Shown here piece by piece: positions 1-9,531 of a DNA stretch of 64,000 nucleotides. The stretch lies in NCBI GenBank assembly GCA_037142615.1, contig JBAXAI010000001.1, positions 320,001 to 384,000 of the forward strand. Reading direction: 5' to 3'. Source of the DNA: Spirochaetales bacterium. Lineage in GTDB: Bacteria > Spirochaetota > Spirochaetia > JABEVK01. Both the position numbers and the translations under genes were made by a program. The notes under the pieces are model-generated. The model was not told the origin of the DNA. It saw only the letters and a program-made list of their open reading frames with translations, and searched no databases. Every line of letters begins with the position of its first letter. Within the stretch, counting starts at the first letter, position 1.

Positions 1-579
1 GGTGGCCCCGACAAAGCCCTGAATGACGTGAAGCTCACCAGCTTGGGGATGAATCGAAGCCCGAACGGCGGACTCTGTGGGACCCCACAGAACGGCAGCC
101 TCTCCGAAATTTTCGTCGGTCCGCAACAATTGGCGCGCGTCGTGCCACGTGCAACGAAGCCCCCGCTGGGTGGCTCGGGCGCAGATCAAAACGGTTGATA
201 GCAGTTCACCGGTTCCAACCAAGGCATCCTGAACCCGAGGCGAACAGTCTTTGAGGAGAAGAGAACCCTTGACCAGTGCTTCGAGATCGCCCAAGTGGGA
301 GTTCAAGAGAACTCTGCCTTGCTCGAGGGCGTGTCCCGACGCAAGCGCTTCCAGCGTTTCGTGGTGGCGGGTAACGATCCCGGCGACAAGCGAACTGGCG
401 ACCTCTTGTTGGCCCGTCTCAAGGGCCGACACCAGTTCAACCAGCTCGTTCGTCACCCCGGCCATGGCCGATGAGACCAGCAAGGGGGCTCGGGAAAGTT
501 CCCGGGCGGCGATGTCGAGGGCCCCATCGATAGCCTGCGCATTTTGCACGGAAGTTCCGCCGAATTTCAGCACGATCAT
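1..579 (-). CDS. lysC: Aspartate kinase, N-terminal part (runs off the window edge)
   Basis: Hand translation from ATG 579: MIVLKFGGTSVQ...LVSSAMAGVTNEL...GELLS...DAR...VIQGFVGAT. Open to position 1; not in the ORF track. Confidence 0.9.
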   Translation of the reverse strand, partial: MIVLKFGGTSVQNAQAIDGALDIAARELSRAPLLVSSAMAGVTNELVELVSALETGQQEVASSLVAGIVTRHHETLEALASGHALEQGRVLLNSHLGDLEALVKGSLLLKDCSPRVQDALVGTGELLSTVLICARATQRGLRCTWHDARQLLRTDENFGEAAVLWGPTESAVRASIHPQAGELHVIQGFVGAT

Positions 580-615
580 GGGCTCAAGGTAAAGGAAGCA
601 CTGGCGCGGTGTCAA
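580..615 (-). promoter_or_regulatory. Sigma70-type promoter for lysC, likely leaderless
   Basis: Minus strand TTGACA (615-610), 18 nt, TACCTT (591-586), 6 nt, ATG; no Shine-Dalgarno. Confidence 0.6.
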
Positions 616-675
616 GAAATGCAAAGTCCTTTCCGCGCACGGGGAAACCCGTTAGGATGCTGGAAGGAGAACTCC

Positions 676-1491
676 ATGGACCAACAAACTTCGCTTGCCG
701 TTGACAAGGCGCTTGCCTACCTGAAAAGTCGCTTTTCGGCTGTTCCATCGATTGGCATTGTGCTTGGCTCGGGTCTTTCGGGCATCGGTGATGCCTTTCC
801 CGGCGAAAGCATCCCCTACAGTGATATCCCCGGGTTTCCCCAGCCTACAGTTTCGGGACACCGAGGCATTCTGAAAGTCGGCCCCAAGGCCATCATTTTT
901 CTGGGCCGGTTTCACTTCTACGAGGGCAACTCGATGTCGACAGTGGTCTTTCCCGTCCTTCTGATGAAGAAGTGGGGAGTCAAGACGGTTGTCCTCACCA
1001 ACGCCGCAGGTGGAGTGAACCCAAGTTATGTACCGGGGCAGTTGGTCCTCATCAGCGATCACATCAACTTCATGGGCACAAACCCATTCATCGGCCCACA
1101 TGACGCCGCGCTGGGGCCGAGGTTCTTTGACATGACCACCACCTACACCCCGGCACTGCGCAAGCGGGTGCAGGGGATTGCCCGTTCCAAACTGGGTGGT
1201 GAGCTGGCCGAAGGTGTTTACATGGGCTTTACGGGCCCCTGCTACGAAACGCCCGCCGAAGTGAGAATGGCCGGTTTGCTTGGAGCCTCACTTGTCGGAA
1301 TGTCCACGGTCCCCGAGGCCATCACCGCACGTTCGTGTGGTCTGGATCTCGCGGCCATTTCCGTGTGCACCAACTTAGCGGCGGGAATCAGCGCTACGGA
1401 ACTTGACCACCAGGAAGTCATGGAAAACGGCAGAAAGGCCGAAGGGGCCCTCACGACCTTGCTGACCACTTTGGTCCAGGACCTTCCCTGA
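676..1491 (+). CDS. punA: Purine-nucleoside phosphorylase (trimeric PNP/XapA type)
   Basis: GIVLGSGL, GRFHFYEG, LTNAAGG, GPCYETPAE, VGMSTVPE and TNLAAG motifs; AAGGAG SD before ATG 676. Confidence 0.93.
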   Translation: MDQQTSLAVDKALAYLKSRFSAVPSIGIVLGSGLSGIGDAFPGESIPYSDIPGFPQPTVSGHRGILKVGPKAIIFLGRFHFYEGNSMSTVVFPVLLMKKWGVKTVVLTNAAGGVNPSYVPGQLVLISDHINFMGTNPFIGPHDAALGPRFFDMTTTYTPALRKRVQGIARSKLGGELAEGVYMGFTGPCYETPAEVRMAGLLGASLVGMSTVPEAITARSCGLDLAAISVCTNLAAGISATELDHQEVMENGRKAEGALTTLLTTLVQDLP

Positions 1492-3935
1492 GCCGGGACA
1501 TCTCCGAACGGCTGTCAGATACCGTCGTCGCCGAACTTAGGCTTGAGATTGTCAGAGCTTCAGGCAACGAAGTGCTTTTTGTCGGGCTCGTCAATTCCGA
1601 AGGCTTTTGCCGTCAGGTCAAAGCGGTGGCTCGCGGCGACCAGAACTCAGTTCCGGCTCTGGCTCCCCACATGGAAGCAGGTGACGTGGTGCTCCACAAT
1701 CATCCTTCTGGGAATCTTCAGCCCAGTCAGCCGGATCTGGCGGTAGCTTCGGGCCTCGGGCAGCAGGGCATCGGCTTCTGGATCATCAACAACGACGTTA
1801 CCGAGTGCTATGCCGTCTGCGAACCTGTTGTCGTTCAGGAACTCAGCCTGGTATCGGTGCCTGCGGTGGCGTCGCACCTGAGTTCGGGTGGCAGTTTCTC
1901 GCGGACCCTCAGGAACTTCGAAAGCAGGGAAAGTCAGGTGGCTCTCAGTCAGCTTTTTGCCCGCGGTTTCAACGAAGATTCGGTGGTCGTGGCCGAGGCA
2001 GGGACGGGGGTAGGGAAGTCCTTCGCGTACCTCGTTCCGGCGCTGCTTTGGGCGTCACGAAACAAAGAGAGGGTCGTGGTATCGACCGCGACAATCAACC
2101 TCCAGCAGCAATTGTTTGAAAAAGACATTCCGCTCGTTCAGAAGTCCCTTGGAACGCAAGTTAAGGCCGTCCTGGTCAAGGGGCGACGAAACTACCTTTG
2201 CCCCACGCGGTTGGCCGAAGAGATCCGCGAGGTTGCACTCGACAACAATCTCCCCGCCACACAGCTCAACGCGATCGCCGAGTGGAGCGCCCAGACCAGA
2301 ACCGGTGACGTCTCGGAACTGGGGTTTGTGCCCGATGAAGGCCAGTGGAGCCGGGTTTGCAGCGATGCCGATGTGTGTTCGGGTCTGCGTTGTGCTCAAG
2401 GCGACGGTTGCTTTCTGGCTCGTTCTCGCAAGGAAGCCGCCGGCGCGGGACTCCTGGTGGCGAACCACCATTTGCTGTTTGCTGATCTTGCCCTGCGCAT
2501 GAATGGCTTTGGCACCGAGGCGACCGCTGTTTTGCCGCCTTTTCAGCGCATCATCTTCGACGAGGCACACCACATCGAGAAGAGCGCCACCAGTTACTTC
2601 TCGTCTACACTGAACAAGGTCTTCCTGTTCAAGCAGTTGGGCCGGCTTTTCCGCCGGCGGAGGGGCAGGGCAACGGGACTGGTCCTGACCCTGCAGGGCT
2701 TAGGAACCGAGAACATCGAGTTCAGTGCGTTTCCCGAGTTCATCGAAACGATCCATAACCAGTTCGACCTCTGGACGACCGAAGCCCTCGTGGTACTGGA
2801 TGGCCAGGGCAGTCTGCGCATCGCCGGCGAAGCAGGGGACCGTCTCCTTGACCGGCTGTTGCCCCGGCTGAAAGACCTGCAGAATCCTCTGGTCCAGCTT
2901 GGGGCACTCTGTCTGCGGCTTTCCGAGGTGTGGGACGACGAAACCGAAGTTCCCAGCGAGGCCCGCGAAGTGCGTTCCATAGCGAGGCGGCTGGAAGGCC
3001 TGTCACAAATCATCGACAGGGTCACCAAGTACGCCAGCGATACCGGCAATGTCTATTGGCTCGAGCGTGTGCGCGACCCCGCTGGAACCGCCCAGGTCGA
3101 CCTGACAATCTCACCGCTTGCCATCGACCAGTTGATGGTCAAGGCCGTGTTCGACCCTTACCCGACTGTGATGTTCACTTCGGCAACGCTGACCGTCAAA
3201 GGAGACTTCCAGTTTTGGGCGTCCCGCGTCGGAGTCGATCTGGTGGACCGTGACAGGAAACTGACAGGAATCTTCCCCTCTCCCTTTGACTACGCCCATC
3301 GGGTCCTCTTGGCGTGCCCTACCGATTTTCCGATGCCCGACCAGTCCGACTACCAGCCCCGGTTGGAGTCCTATCTTCCGGAACTTCTCCGCGCCGCCCG
3401 CGGAAGTGCTTTGGTCCTGTTCACTTCTTTCGAGAGCATGCGCAGCGCGTGGCAGAAGGTGCAGCCGATTCTGGCAAAAGAAAATATTTCGGTGTACCGG
3501 CAAGGCGACGAGGAGCGGACCCGACTCCTCGACCGCTTCAAGACAGAAATTACCAGTGTGCTGTTTGCCACCGATAGCTTTTGGGAAGGAGTCGATAGTC
3601 CCGGTGACACCCTACGACTGGTGGTCCTCTGCCGCTTGCCGTTCCGGGTCCCTTCCGAGCCGGTCCTTGCGGCCAGGATGGAACTCCTTCAATCGAGGGG
3701 TCTCGATCCCTTCATGAACTACAGTCTGCCCGAGGCCGTCACCCGCTTCAAACAGGGTTTCGGGCGTTTGATCCGACATACGGAAGATTCCGGTTGCGTC
3801 GTGGTTCTTGACCCGAGAATGGTTCGAAAGGCCTACGGCGCCAGTTTCACCGCTTCGGTTCCGGAAACCTTGCGCGCTCTGGAACCTGCCGAAAGACTTC
3901 TCGAAACAATTCCCGCTTTCTTGACTTCGGTCTAG
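1488..3935 (+). CDS. dinG: DinG/YoaA-family Fe-S helicase with N-terminal JAB/MPN domain
   Basis: EAGTGVGKS Walker A, DEAH, Fe-S cysteines, FWEGVD, QGFGRLIR; N-terminal HNHPSG...S..D. ORF track starts at GTG 1572; CTG 1488 is proposed here. Confidence 0.85.
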   Translation: MSRDISERLSDTVVAELRLEIVRASGNEVLFVGLVNSEGFCRQVKAVARGDQNSVPALAPHMEAGDVVLHNHPSGNLQPSQPDLAVASGLGQQGIGFWIINNDVTECYAVCEPVVVQELSLVSVPAVASHLSSGGSFSRTLRNFESRESQVALSQLFARGFNEDSVVVAEAGTGVGKSFAYLVPALLWASRNKERVVVSTATINLQQQLFEKDIPLVQKSLGTQVKAVLVKGRRNYLCPTRLAEEIREVALDNNLPATQLNAIAEWSAQTRTGDVSELGFVPDEGQWSRVCSDADVCSGLRCAQGDGCFLARSRKEAAGAGLLVANHHLLFADLALRMNGFGTEATAVLPPFQRIIFDEAHHIEKSATSYFSSTLNKVFLFKQLGRLFRRRRGRATGLVLTLQGLGTENIEFSAFPEFIETIHNQFDLWTTEALVVLDGQGSLRIAGEAGDRLLDRLLPRLKDLQNPLVQLGALCLRLSEVWDDETEVPSEAREVRSIARRLEGLSQIIDRVTKYASDTGNVYWLERVRDPAGTAQVDLTISPLAIDQLMVKAVFDPYPTVMFTSATLTVKGDFQFWASRVGVDLVDRDRKLTGIFPSPFDYAHRVLLACPTDFPMPDQSDYQPRLESYLPELLRAARGSALVLFTSFESMRSAWQKVQPILAKENISVYRQGDEERTRLLDRFKTEITSVLFATDSFWEGVDSPGDTLRLVVLCRLPFRVPSEPVLAARMELLQSRGLDPFMNYSLPEAVTRFKQGFGRLIRHTEDSGCVVVLDPRMVRKAYGASFTASVPETLRALEPAERLLETIPAFLTSV

Positions 3936-3955
3936 GCAGGCTTCACACTACAGCT
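3921..3955 (+). promoter_or_regulatory. Possible leaderless promoter of the histidine kinase
   Basis: TTGACT (3921-3926), 17 nt, CACACT, 6 nt, ATG 3956; the -10 is imperfect. Confidence 0.4.
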
Positions 3956-5794
3956 ATGCTTTCGCTGACACGTGCCGAGACAGGAATGACCCGGCGCCTG
4001 GTGGTTTCCATCCTCATGGTCTCGCTGACGGTTTTGGTGCTCGCTATTGCCGGGCGTGCTTGGGAACGCCAATCTGCGCTTGCCAGCCAGAGTGCAGCGG
4101 CCAAGTCCAACACCGCAGTGCGCATTGGTGCCAGTTGCGGCGCCGCTGTCTGGCAATTTGATGACCAGGCCCTCGATACCATCCTCCGTTCTGAGCTTCT
4201 CGACAACTCGTTGATTTCGGTGCGAATCTTCCAAAACGAGTCCGACACGATCGCTTGGCTTACTCGACTTCCGACGGGCAAGGTCACCCAAGTCACCAGC
4301 GCCCCTGTGGGTAACTACGACACCCGAAACTTCCCGATCCACTATTCTGGAAACGGCGGGGCACTTTCGTTGCAGGCGACGGTTTCCCTCTGGTTCGACG
4401 ACAGCTTTTCTCTGAGCGTTCTCATCAGCGATTTGGTGTGGAACATCCTCGTTGTCGTTTTCATTGTTGTCACTCTGACGCTGCTGTTGGCCTTTTCGGT
4501 CCTGCGTCAATTGGTTCGCCCGCTCGAGTTTCTCCGCTCCGGAATGATCGAGGCTGCCGAAAGCAGCAGTCGAGGCGCGAACTCCCCTTCCATCCGTGAC
4601 AACCTTCCCAAAGCAGCTTTCCCCGAGTTGGAGAGAATGGCCAGTGACCTCGATGTTGTGTTCAGTACCATTTCATCAGCTATTTCGCAGCAGAAGTCCA
4701 CCGAAGCCAAGATCCAGAACCTCAACGAAAACCTGGAATCGCTCGTCCTGGAAAGGACCGAGGAACTGGCACACACCAACAGGGAGTTGTCCGAAACTCT
4801 GGAATCACTCAAGCGCGTGCAGGATGAACTGGTCAACTCAGCCCAGTTGGCCGTGCTCGGCCGACTCGTGGCAACCATCGCGCACGAACTCAATACCCCC
4901 TTGGGGGCGATTGTGTCGTCCAATTCATCAGTCTTGCAGGGATTGGCCGACTTGGGCACGGATCTGTTGCCGTTTTTCGCCTCCCTGGGGGGACCTGAGC
5001 GCGAGTTTCTTCAGGCTCTGGTAGCGAGTGCCGCTCATCGCACATTTCCTCTCGACACACCCGAAGACCGGCTGCTCAAGAAACGCTACGTGCACTTTTT
5101 TGAAACCCACGGAGGCGATGATCCCATCAACCTAGCCGATATTCTGGTCGAAACAGGCTACCGAACCGACGAACGCGGTCTGGACTACCTGGTTGGCCTG
5201 AAGGGCTACAGCGAGGTTATCGAGGCCGGCGGCAAACTGGGTTCGCTCTTGCTCGCGACGCGGATCGTCGGACTGGCAACCGAGAAGGCAAGCAAGTTTG
5301 TCACGGCGCTCAAGACCTACTCCCGCAGCGATGACGGCGATGATACCCAAGAGGTCGATGTTATCGCGAGCCTTGAGACGGTACTCCTGCTGTTCCAGCA
5401 CGAGATCAAGCTCGGCGTGAAGGTGGAAAAAGACTTCCAAAATGTCCCGCTGGTTCGCTGCCGTCATGAGGGGATCCAGCAAGTTTGGACGAATCTGATC
5501 GGCAACGCTTTCCACGCCATGGGCCACCGAGGCACTCTGACGCTCAAAGTTTTCGAGCAGGCGCCGTGGGTTGTCGTGAGCGTTCAGGATTCGGGCTCCG
5601 GAATCCCGGTGCCCCTGCAGGGCCGGATCTTCACCCCGTTCTTCACGACGAAAAAACCAGGCGAAGGCACGGGCTTGGGACTCGATATCGCACGGCGCAT
5701 CGTCATGGAAGGGGGAGGGAACATCAGTTTTGAAAGTTCGCCGGGCCACACCGTATTTCAGGTTCGCCTTCCAGTTTCTCCCGTGTTGCCCTAG
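3956..5794 (+). CDS. Membrane sensor histidine kinase (orphan)
   Basis: Two TM segments, coiled coil, H-box IAHELNTPLG, N-box NLIGNA, DSGSGI, FFTTK, GTGLGL. Confidence 0.92.
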   Translation: MLSLTRAETGMTRRLVVSILMVSLTVLVLAIAGRAWERQSALASQSAAAKSNTAVRIGASCGAAVWQFDDQALDTILRSELLDNSLISVRIFQNESDTIAWLTRLPTGKVTQVTSAPVGNYDTRNFPIHYSGNGGALSLQATVSLWFDDSFSLSVLISDLVWNILVVVFIVVTLTLLLAFSVLRQLVRPLEFLRSGMIEAAESSSRGANSPSIRDNLPKAAFPELERMASDLDVVFSTISSAISQQKSTEAKIQNLNENLESLVLERTEELAHTNRELSETLESLKRVQDELVNSAQLAVLGRLVATIAHELNTPLGAIVSSNSSVLQGLADLGTDLLPFFASLGGPEREFLQALVASAAHRTFPLDTPEDRLLKKRYVHFFETHGGDDPINLADILVETGYRTDERGLDYLVGLKGYSEVIEAGGKLGSLLLATRIVGLATEKASKFVTALKTYSRSDDGDDTQEVDVIASLETVLLLFQHEIKLGVKVEKDFQNVPLVRCRHEGIQQVWTNLIGNAFHAMGHRGTLTLKVFEQAPWVVVSVQDSGSGIPVPLQGRIFTPFFTTKKPGEGTGLGLDIARRIVMEGGGNISFESSPGHTVFQVRLPVSPVLP

Positions 5795-5848
5795 TTGGAG
5801 TTTCTGAGCTATCTTTGGCATCGATTCAAGATTTCAAAAGGCGGGGCT

Positions 5849-6136
5849 ATGGGAATTCGGGGCGAGGTCTTTTCCACAAAAACATCCACTGGGAAGCGGA
5901 CCTACTTCTTCAATATCAAGGAGAACCGGCACGGCGATCTTTTCCTCAACGTCGTTGAAAGCAAGAAGCAGGTCGACAGTTCGTTCGAACGGCATTCGAT
6001 GATCGTCTTTGAAGAGGATCTAGAGGTGTTTCTCGATGGCCTGAATCAGGCGGTGGCTTTCCTCAAGAGTGACCGCAGACCCTCAACCGCTAGTCCGAAG
6101 AGTGCCAGCGAAAGCTCAGACGGTGTTCGGGGCTAA
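5849..6136 (+). CDS. PUR-family (DUF3276/BpuR-like) nucleic-acid-binding protein
   Basis: MGIRGEVFS...GKRTYFFNIKENRHGDLFLNVVESK...FERHSMIVFEED pattern. Confidence 0.85.
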   Translation: MGIRGEVFSTKTSTGKRTYFFNIKENRHGDLFLNVVESKKQVDSSFERHSMIVFEEDLEVFLDGLNQAVAFLKSDRRPSTASPKSASESSDGVRG

Positions 6137-6662
6137 GTCCATGTCGGCGCAACATCTCACGGTGGTGCACAGTCGGGTAGCCTTTGTGCAGCGCAAAGCC
6201 ATATTGGGGGTAGAGCGCATCCAGCTTAAGCATCTGCGCGTCTCTGCTCACCTTGGCAAGTATTGACGCCGCCGAGATACAGGGTTCGAGGGCGTCACCA
6301 CGGACGATGGCACGGCATGGAAACGGAACAATCGGACAGTGAAGCCCGTCAATCAGGCCGAGCTCAGGCTTGACGCCTGGAAAACGAATCCCAAGGTCGA
6401 ACCAAGCCCGTTCCATGGCCCGAAGGCTCGCTTGCAGAATGTTGAGCTCATCAATCTCCCGTGGGGTGCAGGTCGCGATTCCCCAGGCCAGGGCAGTTGA
6501 CTGGATTCGTTGCGCTTGGATCATTCGATTCTTCGGGTTCAGCACCTTGCTGTCTCCCAGGCCCTTCGGATCAAAGTCGGGCCCTAGGACTACACAGGCT
6601 GCTGTCACGGGTCCGGCCAAGGGTCCCCGTCCGGCTTCATCAAAGCCACAAGTCACAATCAT
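6090..6662 (-). CDS. rnhB: Ribonuclease HII
   Basis: GFDEAGRGPLAGPV, DSK, IDG, GD...ISAASILAKV.RD, HKGYPT..H; start set at ATG 6662. Confidence 0.95.
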   Translation of the reverse strand: MIVTCGFDEAGRGPLAGPVTAACVVLGPDFDPKGLGDSKVLNPKNRMIQAQRIQSTALAWGIATCTPREIDELNILQASLRAMERAWFDLGIRFPGVKPELGLIDGLHCPIVPFPCRAIVRGDALEPCISAASILAKVSRDAQMLKLDALYPQYGFALHKGYPTVHHREMLRRHGLSPEHRLSFRWHSSD

Positions 6663-6738
6663 TGCGCTTTTTCCTTCACGATGGTAGATTGAAGTCCAAG
6701 TCGCGTCGTCTATCAAGTCCTCTGCCCGGGAGCCTTCC

Positions 6739-9531
6739 TTGTTTTTGAAAAGTATGGAAATTTTCGGCTTCAAATCCTTTGCCGATCGGGCCCGAATCGA
6801 GTTTACCCCAGGTATTACAGCTCTGCTGGGTCCCAACGGGTGCGGCAAGAGCAATGTTGTCGATGCCATCAAATGGGTGTTGGGCGAACAAGCCAGCAGG
6901 TCGCTGCGTGCCGAAAAAATGGAAGACGTGATCTTCAATGGCACGGACCAGAGAAAAGCTCTCAACGTCGCCGAAGTCACGCTCACAGTTTCGAACGAGA
7001 CCCAGGTCCTTGCCCTTGACCTTCCCGAAATCAGCATCAAGCGCCGTCTGTATCGTTCAGGTGAGAGCGAGTACTTCATCAATAACACCGTTGTTCGGCT
7101 CAAAGAAGTCCGTGAACTGTTCTACGACACAGGCGTCGGCAAGTCCGCCTACTCGGTGATGGAACAGGGCCGCATCGACCAGATTCTCTCCAACAAACCC
7201 GAGGAACGGCGGTACCTGTTTGAAGAGGCAGCCGGCATTACCAAATACAAGGCCCGCGGGCAGGAAGCCGAAAGGCGTTTGGAAAAGACCGAGGAGAACC
7301 TCAGGCAGCTGGAAGGTATCCTTGGCGAGCTTCGTCATAGTTGGGAATCCCTGAAGAAACAAAGCGAGAGGACCTTGTCGTTTCGCGGGCTCAAGAAGGA
7401 GCTCTTCACGCTCGAGAAAGACCAGCAACTCCATCGATGGAAGGCGCTTCTCGATCAGAAAGCGCAACAGACCGAGAAGTCAGAGGCGGCGATTTCGCGA
7501 AAAATCCAGGCCAAGTTGGAACTCGACGAGCTGAACACCAGTTTGTCCTCGGGCATGCAGGATGTGAACCGTCTGGAGTCGCAGCAGTTTGAACTGCAAA
7601 AGACTCTGCTGGAGCTCGATCTCGAGCGGAAGGGCCTTCATCAGCAAGGAGACCTTCAGCGGGAACGTTTATCGGTCTACAGGCAGGACGCCCATCGGCA
7701 CGCGGCACAAGCAGAAGCTATCGGGTCCAGACTGGCTGAACTTCAGGCTGCGGCGCTCGACAAACAGGCCGAGGCCGAGTCTGTTCGGCTGGAACTGTTG
7801 GCTTGCCGTTCCAACATGGAAGAGTATTCACTTGCGCTGGAGTCGGCACGTATTGCCGTTGCCGACCATGAGTCTGCCATTCGGGCAGCTGAGCAGCAGG
7901 CCGCCGAACTGGAGTCCTTGGACTCTCAGCGCCAAGATCAATGGCGCGAACTGACCGACGTGCTGGTTCAAGAACTCGACCAGCGTCTCAAGGACGACGG
8001 GTTTGCCTGGCACCAGCTTCCAGGTCTCACGACACAAATGGAAGCCACCTTGGAGTCGCTCAAGGTTCTCCTTCGAGGTCGCTCTGATCATTTGGGCCTA
8101 CTGCTCCAGACTCCGGCCTCAGGGGCGTGGGAACAGGTGGTGACGCAGGTTCGAACATCACTTGAGGAAGCCGTTGCCCAGATCGTCGGGTTCGAGCACG
8201 ACTGGGAAACCTACAAGGGTGCTGTTCCGCAGTTTCTAGGCGAGTTTTTGGCGCCCGAGGGCATCCTTACCCAGAAACGCGACTTGGAACTCCTTCTTGC
8301 GGGCGGGCGGGCCGAATGGAAACTTCAAAAGGAAGTCATCCGGCAGCGGCAGACTGACCGCGAACTCGCCAGTCAGTTGATCGAAACCCACCGCACGACG
8401 CTCGAGAGTCTGAGGATGAATGAAGTCCGGATGGTAGCCAGAGCAACCTCTGCGACCGAAAGCCTGCAAAGGTTAACGCAGGAGTCCGCATCCCAGGAGG
8501 TCCAGCTCACTTCGACTCTTGCCGAGCAGGCCGCGATAGAGGGCAAAATCACGCTTTGCCTTGGGGACCTCTCGACCCTGGAACAACGGGTTTCCCAACT
8601 TGGTGACCGTGAGAAAACTGTCCAGACGGCCGTCGAAACCTCCCGACACGACTTGGAATCGAGAAACAAAGCCTTGGCCGGACGACAGATCGAACTGCAA
8701 CGGCAACTTGAAAAAGTCAATTCTGTTCAGGCTGACCTCGAGGCGCTTCAAATGTCCCAAGTTCGAGTCGACACCGAAGTCCAAGGTTTGCTTGATCATT
8801 TCCGGGACAAACACTCGGTTGGGCTCGACGAGTTCTCTTCCGAGCTTACGGGCCTCTCTGCCCAGGGTGACTGGAAGGACCTCGTCTCCCAGAAGAAAGA
8901 GGAACTCCGGCTCCTTGGACAGATTAACCTGCTGGCCGTCGAAGAGTTCGCCGAGATCGATCAACGGCACCAGTTTCTGCAGGGGCAGATCAACGACCTC
9001 AGAAAAGCCAAGGACGACCTTCAGAAGGTGACCACCGAGATCCGAAAAGAGTCCACCCAGCTCTTTTCGGACGCCTTCGAACAGATCCGCATCAACTTCA
9101 ACACGACTTTCAGGCGTCTATTCGGGGGGGGGCGAGCGGAACTCCGACTCACCGAACCCGAGACAGTTCTCGAGTCGGGAATTGAGATGCTCTGCCAACC
9201 CCCTGGAAAGAAGCTCGAAAGCATCAACCTCCTCTCTGGCGGCGAAAAGTCGATGACTGCGGTTGCGCTGCTATTCGCGACCTTCATGGTGCGACCCTCG
9301 CCATTCTGTATTCTCGACGAGATCGACGCGGCCCTTGACGAAGCCAATGTCAGCCGTTTCGTCGCCATGCTGACGGAGTTCTCTCATCGTTCTCAGTTTG
9401 TTGTCATCACGCACAATAAGAAAACGGTCACCGGGTCAACAACGATGATCGGGGTCACCATGGAGAGTCCTGGCGTCTCCACGATCCTTGCGGTTCGGTT
9501 GGCAAGCGATCCTGTGGAGGCTTCGGCGTGA
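6739..9531 (+). CDS. smc: Chromosome segregation ATPase SMC (short spirochaetal form)
   Basis: GFKSF, GPNGCGKSN, long coiled coils, LSGGEK, ILDEIDAALD, ITH. Confidence 0.92.
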   Translation: MFLKSMEIFGFKSFADRARIEFTPGITALLGPNGCGKSNVVDAIKWVLGEQASRSLRAEKMEDVIFNGTDQRKALNVAEVTLTVSNETQVLALDLPEISIKRRLYRSGESEYFINNTVVRLKEVRELFYDTGVGKSAYSVMEQGRIDQILSNKPEERRYLFEEAAGITKYKARGQEAERRLEKTEENLRQLEGILGELRHSWESLKKQSERTLSFRGLKKELFTLEKDQQLHRWKALLDQKAQQTEKSEAAISRKIQAKLELDELNTSLSSGMQDVNRLESQQFELQKTLLELDLERKGLHQQGDLQRERLSVYRQDAHRHAAQAEAIGSRLAELQAAALDKQAEAESVRLELLACRSNMEEYSLALESARIAVADHESAIRAAEQQAAELESLDSQRQDQWRELTDVLVQELDQRLKDDGFAWHQLPGLTTQMEATLESLKVLLRGRSDHLGLLLQTPASGAWEQVVTQVRTSLEEAVAQIVGFEHDWETYKGAVPQFLGEFLAPEGILTQKRDLELLLAGGRAEWKLQKEVIRQRQTDRELASQLIETHRTTLESLRMNEVRMVARATSATESLQRLTQESASQEVQLTSTLAEQAAIEGKITLCLGDLSTLEQRVSQLGDREKTVQTAVETSRHDLESRNKALAGRQIELQRQLEKVNSVQADLEALQMSQVRVDTEVQGLLDHFRDKHSVGLDEFSSELTGLSAQGDWKDLVSQKKEELRLLGQINLLAVEEFAEIDQRHQFLQGQINDLRKAKDDLQKVTTEIRKESTQLFSDAFEQIRINFNTTFRRLFGGGRAELRLTEPETVLESGIEMLCQPPGKKLESINLLSGGEKSMTAVALLFATFMVRPSPFCILDEIDAALDEANVSRFVAMLTEFSHRSQFVVITHNKKTVTGSTTMIGVTMESPGVSTILAVRLASDPVEASA

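Noticed and set aside
251-592. 113-aa + strand ORF
   Set aside because: Antisense shadow of the aspartate kinase gene.
701-730. TTGACA inside punA
   Set aside because: No plausible -10 at 16-18 nt spacing.
6663-7103. 147-aa N-terminal extension of rnhB in the ORF track
   Set aside because: Overlaps smc antisense; RNase HII motifs start right after ATG 6662.
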